Positions 31,263 through 41,021 of a stretch of 64,000 nucleotides of DNA are shown here, piece after piece; the first letter of the stretch is position 1; each line of letters opens with the position of its first letter. The stretch is taken from positions 29,924 through 93,923 of the forward strand of contig CAWGJC010000013.1 in assembly GCA_963822815.1 (NCBI GenBank), written 5' to 3'. This DNA comes from an uncultured Alphaproteobacteria bacterium (lineage in GTDB: Bacteria; Pseudomonadota; Alphaproteobacteria; Acetobacterales; Acetobacteraceae). The position numbers and the translations under genes were made by a program. The notes beneath the pieces are model-generated. The model made no database searches. It saw nothing but the letters and a program-made list of their open reading frames with translations, and was not told the origin of the DNA.

Positions 31263-31357
31263 CGTTCGTGCTTCAAGCCCGCCCTTCCCTGCCGGGGCGT
31301 GGCGCGCCTCGGCTATGCCCGCGCTTGTGTGGGCCGAAGATAGCCAGAGGGGATTGC

Positions 31358-31840
31358 ATGCCGCTTTATGAATGCGTGCTGATTGCGCGCAATGATGCGA
31401 CGCAGCAGCAGGTCGAGGGCATTGCCGACCAGATTGCGGTCCAGCTCGAGGGCGAGGATGGCATTGGCGGCACCGGTTCGGTGCGCAAGCGCGAGTATTG
31501 GGGGCTGCGCAGCCTGGCCTACCGGATCAAGAAGAACCGCAAGGGCCATTACATGCTGCTGGGCCTCGATGCGCCGCCGGCCTTCATCAGCGAGATGGAG
31601 CGGCAGCTGCGGCTGAACGAGGACGTGCTGCGGTTCATGACGCTGCGCGTCGAAGCGATCGAGGAGGCGCCGTCGGCGATCCTGTCGCGCAAGTCGGACG
31701 AGCGCGAGCGCACCTTCCGCGGGCCGAAGCCGGCGGGTCGCTTCGACAGCGGCCGGCGCCGCGGCTATGACGACCGCGAGGAGTTCCGGGCGCGCGAGGA
31801 TGTCCGTCCGGCGTTCGAGCCTGCCGGCGGCGAGGAGTAA
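31358..31840 (+). CDS. rpsF: 30S ribosomal protein S6
   Basis: MPLYECVLIARNDATQQQV..EYWGLRSLAYRIKKNRKGHYMLL..MERQLRLNEDVLRFMT. Start at the internal ATG of ORF 31169... Confidence 0.92.
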   Translation: MPLYECVLIARNDATQQQVEGIADQIAVQLEGEDGIGGTGSVRKREYWGLRSLAYRIKKNRKGHYMLLGLDAPPAFISEMERQLRLNEDVLRFMTLRVEAIEEAPSAILSRKSDERERTFRGPKPAGRFDSGRRRGYDDREEFRAREDVRPAFEPAGGEE

Positions 31841-31846
31841 GCGATC

Positions 31847-32122
31847 ATGTCGGAGACTGCCGAGGTCGGGCCCGCCGCCCGCCGCGCCGCCGTGGGCGCG
31901 CGCCGCCCGTTCTATCGCCGCCGGAAATCCTGCCCGTTCTCCGGGCCGAACGCGCCGAAGATCGACTACAAGGACGTGCGGCTGCTGTCCCGCTTCCTGT
32001 CCGAGCGCGGCAAGATCGTGCCGAGCCGCATCACCGCGGTGTCGGCCAAGAAGCAGCGCGAGCTCGCGGTGGCGATCAAGCGCGCGCGCTTCCTGGCCCT
32101 GCTGCCCTATGTCGTGACCTGA
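31847..32122 (+). CDS. rpsR: 30S ribosomal protein S18
   Basis: [65 protein letters not shown]. Uninterrupted. Confidence 0.95.
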   Translation: MSETAEVGPAARRAAVGARRPFYRRRKSCPFSGPNAPKIDYKDVRLLSRFLSERGKIVPSRITAVSAKKQRELAVAIKRARFLALLPYVVT

Positions 32123-32134
32123 GGAGCGCGGGCG

Positions 32135-32703
32135 ATGGCTGCCGTTGAACTGATCCTGCTGCAGCGGGTCGAGAAGCTCGGGCAGATGGGCGAGGTGGTG
32201 AAGGTGAAGCCCGGCTTCGCCCGCAACTTCCTGCTGCCGCAGAAGAAGGCGATCCGCGCCAGCAAGGACAATCTGGCGCGGTTCGAGAAGGAGCGTGCGC
32301 AGCTCGAGGCGCAGAATCTGAAGCGGCGCGAGGAGGCCGAGCGGATCGCCGAGCGCGTCGCCGGGCTCGCCGTGGTGGTGATCCGCCAGGCGGGAGAGGG
32401 CGGGAGCCTCTACGGCTCGGTCTCCGCGCGCGACATCGCGGATGCGGCGACCGAGGCCGGGCTGTCGATCGGCCGCCAGCAGGTGGTGCTCGAGCATCCG
32501 ATCAAGTCGCTCGGCCTGACGCCGGTGCGGGTGCTGCTGCATCCCGGAGGTCGCGATCACCGTCACCGTGAACGTCGCCCGCAGCCCCGAGGAGGCCGAG
32601 CGCCAGGCCCGCGGCGAGCGGATCGGGGCGGAGGAGGAAGAGAGCCGCCGGCGCCGAGGCCCTGTTCGAGGTCGGCGCCGGTCCGGAGGAAAGCACCGCC
32701 TGA
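32135..32703 (+). CDS. rplI: 50S ribosomal protein L9
   Basis: [39 protein letters not shown]. The C-terminus [32 protein letters not shown] needs frame changes near 32545 and 32645. Stop at 32701..32703. Confidence 0.9.
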
Positions 32704-32732
32704 TCCGTTCCCTTCTCGGGAGTGTGATGAGA

Positions 32733-32771
32733 AAGCGCCGGTCCGCCTCGCGGACCGGCGCTTCCCGTTTT
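32733..32771 (+). terminator. Rho-independent terminator of rpsF-rpsR-rplI
   Basis: 14-bp stem AAGCGCCGGTCCGC / GCGGACCGGCGCTT, 3-nt loop, followed by CCCGTTTT. Confidence 0.8.
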
Positions 32772-32849
32772 GACGATCGTGTCGTCAGACCGTAATCCAG
32801 GTCAGGACAAGGAGCGGACTTCAGAGCGCGAGAGACTGGGGCGACGACG

Positions 32850-34144
32850 ATGCGATCACTGCTCGATTCGATCCTGCGGCCGTTCATTCGCTGGGGCCGG
32901 CTCACCGTGCGCTGGCCGGACGGGGCAACCAGCGTCTATCGCGGCAGCGCCGACGGGCCGGAGGCCGGGGTGGCGCTGCGCGACGCGCGCGCGATCCGCC
33001 GGCTCGCGCTCCATCCCGGCCTCGGTCTCGGCGAGGCCTACATGGATGGGAGCCTCGTCCCGGAGCGGTGCTCGATCTACGAGCTGCTCGACCTCCTGAT
33101 CACCAATCTGGAAATGGGTGGCGAGCACCGGCTGCTCCGGCTCCGCGCCCGGCTCGGCACCGCGATCAAGCGCTGGGTGACCGACAACCCGGCCGCGCGT
33201 TCGCGGCGCAACGTCGCCCACCATTACGATCTCAACGGCCGGCTCTACAGCCTCTTCCTCGATCGCGACCGGCAATATTCCTGCGCCTATTTCCCGCGCG
33301 GCGACGAGACGCTGGAGGAGGCGCAGCTCGCCAAGAAGCGGCACATCGCCGCCAAGCTCAGGCTCGACCGGCCCGGGCTCACGGTGCTCGACATCGGCTG
33401 CGGCTGGGGCGGCATGGCGCTCACGCTCGCGCAGCCGAGTTCGGCGCCCGCGTGCACGGGATCACGCTCTCGACCGAGCAGCTCGCGGAGGCGACCGCGC
33501 GCACCGAGGCGGCCGGGCTCGCCGACCGGGTGACGTTCTCGCTCACCGACTACCGGGCGGTGACCGACCGCTATGACCGCATCGTCTCCGTCGGCATGTT
33601 CGAGCATGTCGGCACCAAGGCCTACCGTCCGTTCTTCGACGTGGTGAAGCGCGGCCTGCCGGCGGACGGCGTGGCGCTGCTGCACGCGATCGGGCGCTCC
33701 GACGGGCCGGGCTGCACCAACGCCTGGCTCAACAAATACATCTTCCCCGGCGGCTATTCGCCGGCGCTCAGCGAGGTGGTGCCGCATATCGAGGCGGCCG
33801 GGCTCTGGGTGACCGACATCGAGATCCTGCGGCTGCATTACGCGCTCACGCTCCGGCACTGGCGCCGCCGCTTCGCCGCCAACCGCGACGCCATCTCGGC
33901 GCTCTACGACGAGCGGTTCTGCCGGATGTTCGAGTTCTACCTGGCCGGGTCGGAGCTCGCCTTCCGGCGCGAGGGGCACATGAACTTCCAGATCCAGATG
34001 TCGCCCAGCGTCGATGCGCTGCCGATCACCCGCGACTACATGATCGAGGCCGAGCGCGCCTCACGCGGCGAGGCGGCCATCCGCCTGGAGCGCGACGTCG
34101 CGGACATGGTCGGCGAGCGCGAGCGCCGCGGTGAGGCCCGGTGA
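32850..34144 (+). CDS. cfa: Cyclopropane-fatty-acyl-phospholipid synthase family methyltransferase
   Basis: [31 protein letters not shown] (SAM motif), [10 protein letters not shown] and YIFPGGY. Frame change near 33430. The 3-prime end overlaps the convergent gene by about 84 nt and may be shorter. Confidence 0.85.
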
Positions 34145-35189
34145 TTCGATCCCGAACAGGTTGACCAGGCCGGGGACGCCATGGGTCTCGGGACCCTGCA
34201 CGACGAAATCCTGCGCCGGCGCGCCGGGCGGCACGATCTTCGGCCGGATGCCGCAATAGCCCGGCTGCAGCGCGCCGTCCTTCAGATCGGGCCAGTAGCG
34301 GCGGACCGCGGCGTAGAAGGAGTGCGCGCGCGCCGGATCGACCTCGTAGCCGATCGCCTCCACCCATTCGACATCCGGGCCGAATTTCGCCTGCCCGCCG
34401 AGATCGATGGTGAGGTGCACGCCGAGTCCGCCGGGCACCGGCACCGGGTAGATCAGCCGACTGAACGGTGAGCGCCCGGCGAGGGTGAAGTAGTTGCCCT
34501 TGGCGAAGTATGCGCGCGGCACCGTCGCCTCCGGCATGCCCTCGATTCGGCGGGCGAGCGCGGGCGCGTGCAGCCCGGCGGCATTGACGAGCAGGCGGCA
34601 GGCGAGGCGTGGTCGGCTCGGCGCCGCCGACCGCGATCTTCAAATCCCGCGCTCGCACGACGCGGCCAGACAGCACCGGGGCGTGGAAGGCGAAGGCGGC
34701 GCCGGCGTTCTCGGCATCGCCCTGCAGCGCAAGCATGAACCCGTGGCTGTCGACGATTCCGGTGACCGGCGAAAGCAGCGCCGCGGTGCAGGCGAGCGCG
34801 GGCTCCATCGCCCGCGCCTCCGCGGCGGTCAGCAGCCGCATGCCCTCGACGCCGTTCGCCTCGGCGCGCGCCTTGATCGCGGCGAGGCGCCCGCTCTCTT
34901 CCTCGGACGTGGCGACGATCAGCTTGCCGCAGTTGCGGTGCGGCACCCCGCGCGCGGCGCAGAATTCATAGAGGCGCCGGCGCCCGGCGACGCAGAACCG
35001 CGCCATCAGGCTGCCGGCCGGGTAGTAGATGCCGGCGTGGATCACCTCGCTGTTGCGCGACGAGGTCTCGGTGCCGATCCCCTCGGCCGCCTCGAGCACG
35101 ATCACCTCGCGCCCGGCGAGCGCCAGCGCCCGCGCCACCGCGAGCCCGACCACGCCGGCCCCGATCACGACGCAATCGACGCTCTCCAT
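34061..35189 (-). CDS. FAD-dependent oxidoreductase (L-2-hydroxyglutarate oxidase LhgO-like)
   Basis: [34 protein letters not shown] and [11 protein letters not shown]. The C-terminal part is in ORF 34061..34537 ([14 protein letters not shown]). Frame change near 34590. Confidence 0.8.
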
Positions 35190-35275
35190 CGCGATCTCCG
35201 CTGCCTGGCTGGTGCGATCCTGACACTTGCTGGCCGGAGCGACAGGTGAACCGCTCCGACGAAATCAATGGTCGG

Positions 35276-36533
35276 CTATTCCCGGGCGACGGGGGCAGTC
35301 TGCCGCGTCTCCGGCATCCCGAACAGCACCAGCAGCACCGCGAGCCCGCCCGAGCCGCGGCGAGGCAGAGAAAGGCGACCGTATGGCCGAGGCGCTGCGC
35401 GACCTCCCCGGCAAGCGTGGTGGAGAGCGTGCCGCCGATGCCGATCGCGAGGCCGATCACGCCCATGCAGAGGTTGAACCGGTTGGTGCCGCGGGTGAGA
35501 TCGGCCGAGATCAGGGGCAGCAGCACGCCGAGCGCGGCGCCGGAAAGCCCGTCCAGCGACTGGATCGCCACCAGCGCATAGGGGTTGCGGATCAGCGCCA
35601 GCAGGAGGCCACGGATCGGCAGCGCCAGGAAGCCGATCAGCAGCACCGGCCGCCGCCCCCAGCGATCGGCGAGATGCCCGACCCAGGGCGAGGCCAGCGC
35701 CACCACGGCCTGCGGCACCACGATGCAGGCGGCGATGATCAGATTGGCGCGGCTGCCCGCCTGCAGCGTCGCCTGGTTGGCCGCGAGCGGCAGCATCGCC
35801 GCGTTGGCGAGGGTGAACAGCGCCGAGCAGCCGGCGAAGACGATCACGCCGCGATTGAGGAGGAGGCTGCCAGATCTCGCCGCGCTCCGGCGTGCGCCGC
35901 GGATCCGGCGCATCCTCGCTGTCCGGCAGGTCGGCGGCGCGGCGATGCGACAGGTCCTGCCAGCCGGATGGCGAACAGCGCGATCAGGCTCGGAACGCCG
36001 AGCGCGGCGGTGAGCAGGAACACCGCGCGCTCCGAGACGTAGGTGCCGCAGGCCCCCATGAGCGCCGCGGCGAGCCCGTTGCCGATCGAGGCGTAGCGGG
36101 CGTTCCGCCCGACCCGCTCGCCGAGCGCCGCACGCCCGACCAGCGCCAGGCTGATCGCCGCGATCGCCGGCGTCAGCACGCAGCTCGCGAAGCCGTGCAG
36201 CACCTCGGCGATCGCCACCGGCAGGCGGTCGGGGAAGAAGGCGAAGATCAGCGCGCTGCCGATGATCGCGAGCACCGCCGCGAGCGCCGCCCGCCGCTTG
36301 TTGCGCAGCGCATCGACGAGCGCGCCGGCCGGCACCTGGCTCAGCATCGCGGCGACCGTGCCGATGCTGAGCGCGACGCCGATCTCCGACTCGGTCCAGG
36401 CCTCCACCGTCAGATAGATGGCGATGAACGGACCGAACCCGGTCTGCACGTTGGCGGCGAAGAAATTCAGCCAGTCGAGCCCGCGCCCGCTCGGCCCTTC
36501 CGTCCTGTCGTGTGATTCGAGCGCGTGATCCAC
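35276..36533 (-). CDS. MFS transporter
   Basis: MDHALESH..LDWLNFFAANVQTGFGPFIAIYL, then LADRWGRRPVLLIGF (ORF 34966..35913). The true end ..GLAVLLVLFGMPETRQTAPVARE* (stop 35276..35278) is in a third frame. Confidence 0.75.
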
Positions 36534-36566
36534 GCCGTCAACCGATCCCGCTTCGCGCGCTTAGGG

Positions 36567-37070
36567 CTAATGCGACTGCGGCGCGGGCGGGGCGGCGAGC
36601 GGCGGGGCGGCGACGGTGATCGGCGTGTCGCCGGCCGCCGGGTGGTATTCGGGCGTCGCCTTGATCTGGTCCACCGACATGTCGAGCGTGGCCGGGCCGT
36701 TGCCGGTGGTCGGGAACTCGAGCGCCCGCCAGGCGACGGCGATGCGCCGCGTCCCGACGCCCAGGAAGCCGCCGAACTCGATCACTGCCGCGCGCGGCAG
36801 CCCCTCGGGATCGACCAGCACGTTGACGATGTGGCCGATATCGTCGCCCTTGGAATCGTGCACGTCGCGCCCGAGCACGCCGGTGGCGTCGGAGGCGTGC
36901 ATATGCTCGTGCACCGCCGGCTTCGCGGGCGTGGCCGGAGGGTGTGCAGCGGGGGCGGGCGCCGTGGCGGCGGCGGCAGGGGGCGCCGGCGGCGCGGTCG
37001 GGGGTGCCGCCGGCGCCGCGGCCGCGAGCAGCAGAAGACCGAGCAGCCAGCCGGATCGCACCATCGTCAC
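36567..37070 (-). CDS. PRC-barrel domain protein with Pro/Ala-rich N-terminal region
   Basis: Signal-like MTMVRSGWLLGLLLLAAAAPA and GDDIGHIVNVLVDPEGLPRAAVIEFGGFLGVGTRRIAV. Uninterrupted. Confidence 0.75.
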   Translation of the reverse strand: MTMVRSGWLLGLLLLAAAAPAAPPTAPPAPPAAAATAPAPAAHPPATPAKPAVHEHMHASDATGVLGRDVHDSKGDDIGHIVNVLVDPEGLPRAAVIEFGGFLGVGTRRIAVAWRALEFPTTGNGPATLDMSVDQIKATPEYHPAAGDTPITVAAPPLAAPPAPQSH

Positions 37071-37097
37071 GCGCCTCGGAACGGCACCGGTCCGAGG

Positions 37098-37849
37098 ATG
37101 ATCCCGAAACCGCGAGCAGACCAGGGGGAGAGCAGCGGAAATCGACAGAAGCGGGGAAGGTCGCGCTGGTGACTGGCGGCGCGCGGGGCATCGGCGCCTC
37201 GATCGCGGCGCGTCTCGCCGCCGACGGCTGGCGGGTGGTGATCGCGGACCGCCGCCGCGCGGCGGCGGCCGCCGGTATGCGGGCAGTCGAGGCCGATATC
37301 GGCGACGAGGCGGCGGTGCGCGGCCTCATCGACGGCCTGCGCGGCGAGGAGGGAAGGCTGGATGCCCTCGTCTGCAATGCCGGCTTCATGCTCCGCAAGC
37401 CGATCCGAGACCTCGCTCTGGCGGAATGGCAGAGCGTGCTGGCCACCAACCTGACCAGCACCTTCCTGCTGGTGCGCGCCGCCGAGGCGATGCTGCGGGC
37501 GGCATCGGGCGCGGTGGTGACGATCGCCTCGACCCGCGCGCGCATGTCGGAGCCGGACACCGAATCCTACGCCGCCTCCAAGGGCGGGCTGGTTTCGCTC
37601 ACCCATGCGCTCGCCATCAGCCTCGGGCCGGAGGTGCGGGTGAACTGCGTCAGTCCGGGCTGGATCGACACCAGGGGCGAGGCGCTGCGCCCGGAAGACC
37701 ACGCCCAGCACCCGGCCGGGCGCGTCGGGCGGCCGGAGGACGTGGCCTCGCTGGTCGCCTGGCTGGTCGGGCCGCAAGCGCGCTTCGTCACCGGCGCCGA
37801 GTTCGTGGTCGACGGCGGGATGACGCGGAAGATGATCTACATCGAATAG
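37098..37849 (+). CDS. SDR-family oxidoreductase (start unresolved)
   Basis: KVALVTGGARGIGASIA, NAG and YAASKGGLVSLTHALA. There is no start codon in frame upstream of the Rossmann motif. ATG 37098 fits only if one G is missing from the G5 run near 37125. Confidence 0.65.
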
Positions 37850-37853
37850 CCGG

Positions 37854-38297
37854 TCATTCCGGTCCGCGGCCGAGCTTGCGCAGGAGATCGCCGAGCGCGG
37901 CCAGTTCGGCGCCGTCGAGCCCCCGCATCGCCGCGGCGATGTCGGCCGCATGGGCCGGGAAAAGCCCCTCGATCAGTCCTCGTCCGCAGGCGGTCAGCGC
38001 GACGATGACGCCGCGGCGATCGGCCGTGTCGCGCCTTCGCTCCACCAGGCCGCGCCGCTCCAGCTTGTCGATCACGTCGGTGAGGTTGCCGGCCGAGGTC
38101 AGCACCTTCTGGCCGAGCGCCCGCTGCCCGAGCGGCCCCTTGTGCAGCAGCGCCTCCATCACCCCGAACTGGGTGAGCGTGAGGCACGAATCCGCCAGCC
38201 CCGGCTCCACCCGCGCCGCAACCGCCTTCGCCGCGCGCAGCAGTTTCACGTAGGCCCGTACCGCCTCCAGGATCGCCGGATCATCGACGCCGAACAT
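37854..38297 (-). CDS. MarR-family transcriptional regulator
   Basis: LTLTQFGVMEALLHKGPLGQRALGQKVLTSAGNLTDVIDKLERRGLVERRRDTADRRGV winged helix. Uninterrupted 147 aa. Divergent from the first GloVer gene. Confidence 0.88.
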   Translation of the reverse strand: MFGVDDPAILEAVRAYVKLLRAAKAVAARVEPGLADSCLTLTQFGVMEALLHKGPLGQRALGQKVLTSAGNLTDVIDKLERRGLVERRRDTADRRGVIVALTACGRGLIEGLFPAHAADIAAAMRGLDGAELAALGDLLRKLGRGPE

Positions 38298-38364
38298 GGT
38301 GCCACCACCGTCGCACCGTCGGTGCCGCCGTCAACCATGCATCGTCGGCGCGACCGCGGGAGCC

Positions 38365-38400
38365 GCCGCGCTTGCCGCCGGCGCGGCCCCGGCGCATGCT
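38365..38400 (+). promoter_or_regulatory. Candidate promoter with inverted repeat (possible MarR operator), copy 1
   Basis: TTGCCG-N17-CATGCT. Inverted repeat GCCGCGC-N9-GCGCGGC (38365..38387) spans the -35. The block is nearly identical to 39711..39746. Confidence 0.35.
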
Positions 38401-38462
38401 GTCGTTTCGCGGCCGATCCTTCGTCTGCGCTCCGGCGACGCCGCGGCTAGAAAGGAAATCCC

Positions 38463-39671
38463 ATGTCCGTCGGTCGGCATCCCGGCAGCATCCTCCGCAC
38501 GGCGCTGGCGTTCTTTGCCGCCGCGTCCTGGACCACCCTCGCCCATGCCGGGACGTTCTCCACGTTGCACGCTTTCGGCGGCGCGGATGGCATATCCCCC
38601 ATGGGCGTCATCGGCGATGCCGCAGGCAATCTCTACGGAGCGGCCGAATATGGCGGGCCCCCCGCCGGTTGCACCGGTTGTGGCGATGTTTACGTCCTCG
38701 ACCCCTCTGGCGCCCTCGCCGTCCTCCTCGATTTCCCGCAAGGCTCCACGGGCATCTATCCCGGCAATCAATTGGCGTTGGCCGGTACGCATCTCGTCGG
38801 CGCGACCACGAGCGGCAACAACGCCGCGGAAGCGGCATCGGGATCGGTGTACACCGTGCTGAAGGCGGGTGGAGGGGTTCGGTCCGTGCCTTTCGACGGC
38901 ACCAATGGGGGCAATCCGGCGATCGCGACGCTGCGCATCGACCACAACGGCAATGTATTCGGCGCAACCAAGTATGGTGGGCCGGGTTTCGTATATGGGG
39001 AAGAAAACGGCGACGGCACGCTGTTCGAGGTGACGCCGAAAGGCGTGCTCACGGTGCTGCACGACTTCAACGGTGCCGATGGTCAGGAGCCCGATGGATT
39101 GGTGCTGGTCGGCACGACGCTCTTCGGCACCACCCTGACCGGCGGCGCCTGCTCGCGTCAAAATAGCTGCGGCACCGTGTTCATGCTCGAGCTCGCCAAC
39201 GGCAACACGCTCACCACGCTCTATGACTTCCCGATCTATTCATCTCCGGTCATTGCGGGCGTCGATGCGGCGGGAAATATCTACGGTGTTACGCGATATG
39301 CGGGAGATATCGGCGCGGGAACCATTTTCGAGCTCAAGCTGATCGGCGGCAGCTATCAGTACGAATTGCTGCACAACTTCACCCGCACCGCGGGAAGCCC
39401 ATACTCCGCGCCGCTCTTGACGAGCGCGGGTCACCTCGTCGGCGTGACACCAGGGGGCGAGGTGAACGGCAGTGACATCGGCGGTGTATTGTACGACTAT
39501 TCGATCGCCAACGACACGCTCACACCCCTTTATACCTTCCCGCCTGACATCCAGCCCAACAGCACGCCCTATATCGACGAGGCAGGAGCGATCTACGGCA
39601 CGACCTTGTATGGCGGAGACTTCGCCTGCGCGAGCGCCGGCTGCGGCACCGTCTGGAAATACACCCGCTGA
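38463..39671 (+). CDS. Secreted GloVer (Gloeo_Verruco) tandem-repeat protein
   Basis: Signal peptide ..ALAFFAAASWTTLAHA. Recurring G(N)LYG(A/T)T..GG....GT(V/L)F.(L/V)...G..T.L..F blocks (e.g. GNLYGAAEYGG, GTLFEVTPKGVLTVLHDFNGADGQEP, TLFGTTLTGG, CGTVFMLEL, GNIYGVTRYAG, GTIFELKL, AIYGTTLYGG, CGTVWKY). Uninterrupted 402 aa. Confidence 0.8.
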   Translation: MSVGRHPGSILRTALAFFAAASWTTLAHAGTFSTLHAFGGADGISPMGVIGDAAGNLYGAAEYGGPPAGCTGCGDVYVLDPSGALAVLLDFPQGSTGIYPGNQLALAGTHLVGATTSGNNAAEAASGSVYTVLKAGGGVRSVPFDGTNGGNPAIATLRIDHNGNVFGATKYGGPGFVYGEENGDGTLFEVTPKGVLTVLHDFNGADGQEPDGLVLVGTTLFGTTLTGGACSRQNSCGTVFMLELANGNTLTTLYDFPIYSSPVIAGVDAAGNIYGVTRYAGDIGAGTIFELKLIGGSYQYELLHNFTRTAGSPYSAPLLTSAGHLVGVTPGGEVNGSDIGGVLYDYSIANDTLTPLYTFPPDIQPNSTPYIDEAGAIYGTTLYGGDFACASAGCGTVWKYTR

Positions 39672-39710
39672 CGCATTCACCCATGCGTCGTCGGCGAGAC
39701 CGCGGGAGCC

Positions 39711-39746
39711 GCCGCGCTTGCCGCCGGCGCGGCCCCGGCGCATGCT
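39711..39746 (+). promoter_or_regulatory. Candidate promoter with inverted repeat, copy 2
   Basis: Same TTGCCG-N17-CATGCT and GCCGCGC-N9-GCGCGGC as copy 1, within an 80-nt stretch with only 2 mismatches by my count. Confidence 0.35.
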
Positions 39747-39808
39747 GTCGTTTCGCGGCCGATTCTTCGCCCGCGCTTCGGCAGCGCCGGTGGCACAAAG
39801 GAAATGGC

Positions 39809-41018
39809 ATGTCCGTCGATCGGCATCCGGGCAGCATTCTGCGAACGGCGCTGGCGTTCTTTGCGGCTGCGTCCTGGCCCATCCTCGCCCATGCCGGGAC
39901 CTTCACCACCCTATACGCATTCAGCGGCCCTGACGGCATATACCCCACCGGCGTCACCGGCGATGCCAACGGCAATCTGTACGGTGCCACGACCTATGGC
40001 AGCGGGACGGCCACCGAGGGTACGGTCTTCGTGCTTGGCCCCTCCGGCACCCTCACCACGCTTCTCGATTTCCCGCATGGATCGTCCGGCGTTAATCCCG
40101 GCAACCAGTTGACGCTGCGCGGCACGCGTCTGTTCGGCGCGACGCCAACCGGGGGCAACAAATCCGCGAACGTGGGATCGGTGTACAGCCTCGGGGTGGC
40201 GGGCGGCATGATTCGCACCAACGCCACGCTCAACGGCACCGAGGGCGCTAATCCGTCGATCGCGACCCTACGCCTCGACCGCACCGGGAATATTTTCGGC
40301 GCGACGCAATATGGCGGCCCGGATTTCAAGCGCCGGACAATTGATGGCGACGGCACGCTGTTCGAGCTGACGCCGCAAGGCGTGCTCACGGGTACTACAT
40401 GCTTTCAATGGCACCGATGGCCAGGAGCCGAACGGAATCGTGCTGGTAGGGACGACACTGTACGGCACCACCTTTGAAGGCGGCACATGCACGGGTAAAT
40501 CGGGCGGCTGTGGCACGGTGTTTAGCCTCGACCTCGCGAACGACAATGTGCTCACCACGCTCTACGACTTTCCGGATGCTGGGCTTGCAGGTCCTTTCAT
40601 TGCGGGTGTCGATGCCGACGGCAATATCTATGGTATTACGCAAGGAGGGGGAGCCAACGGCTTAGGAACTATTTTCGCGCTCGAGCTGGTGGGCGGCAGC
40701 TATCAATACGAATTGCTGCACAGCTTCGCCGTTACCGATGGCCCGCCGCGCGTTGCACCGCTATTGACGAGCGCCAGCCATCTCTACGGTGTCACGGTGG
40801 GCGGAGAACGGAACGGCAGCGAGATCGGAGGCGTGCTGTACGACTACTCAATCGCCGATGGCACGCTCAAAACCCTGCACGTGTTCCCGAATGACGCCCA
40901 GCCCAACAGCATTCCTTACATCGATGCTGCCGGAACGATCTATGGAACCACCATGTTGGGCGGGAATTTTTCCTGCGGAAGCGCCGGCTGCGGCACCGTG
41001 TTCGAATATACCCGCTGA
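39809..41018 (+). CDS. Secreted GloVer tandem-repeat protein, paralog 2
   Basis: MSVDRHPGSILRTALAFFAAASWPILAHA is colinear with the upstream paralog. Second half in ORF 40440..41018. Frame change near 40395. Confidence 0.8.
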
Positions 41019-41021
41019 CGT

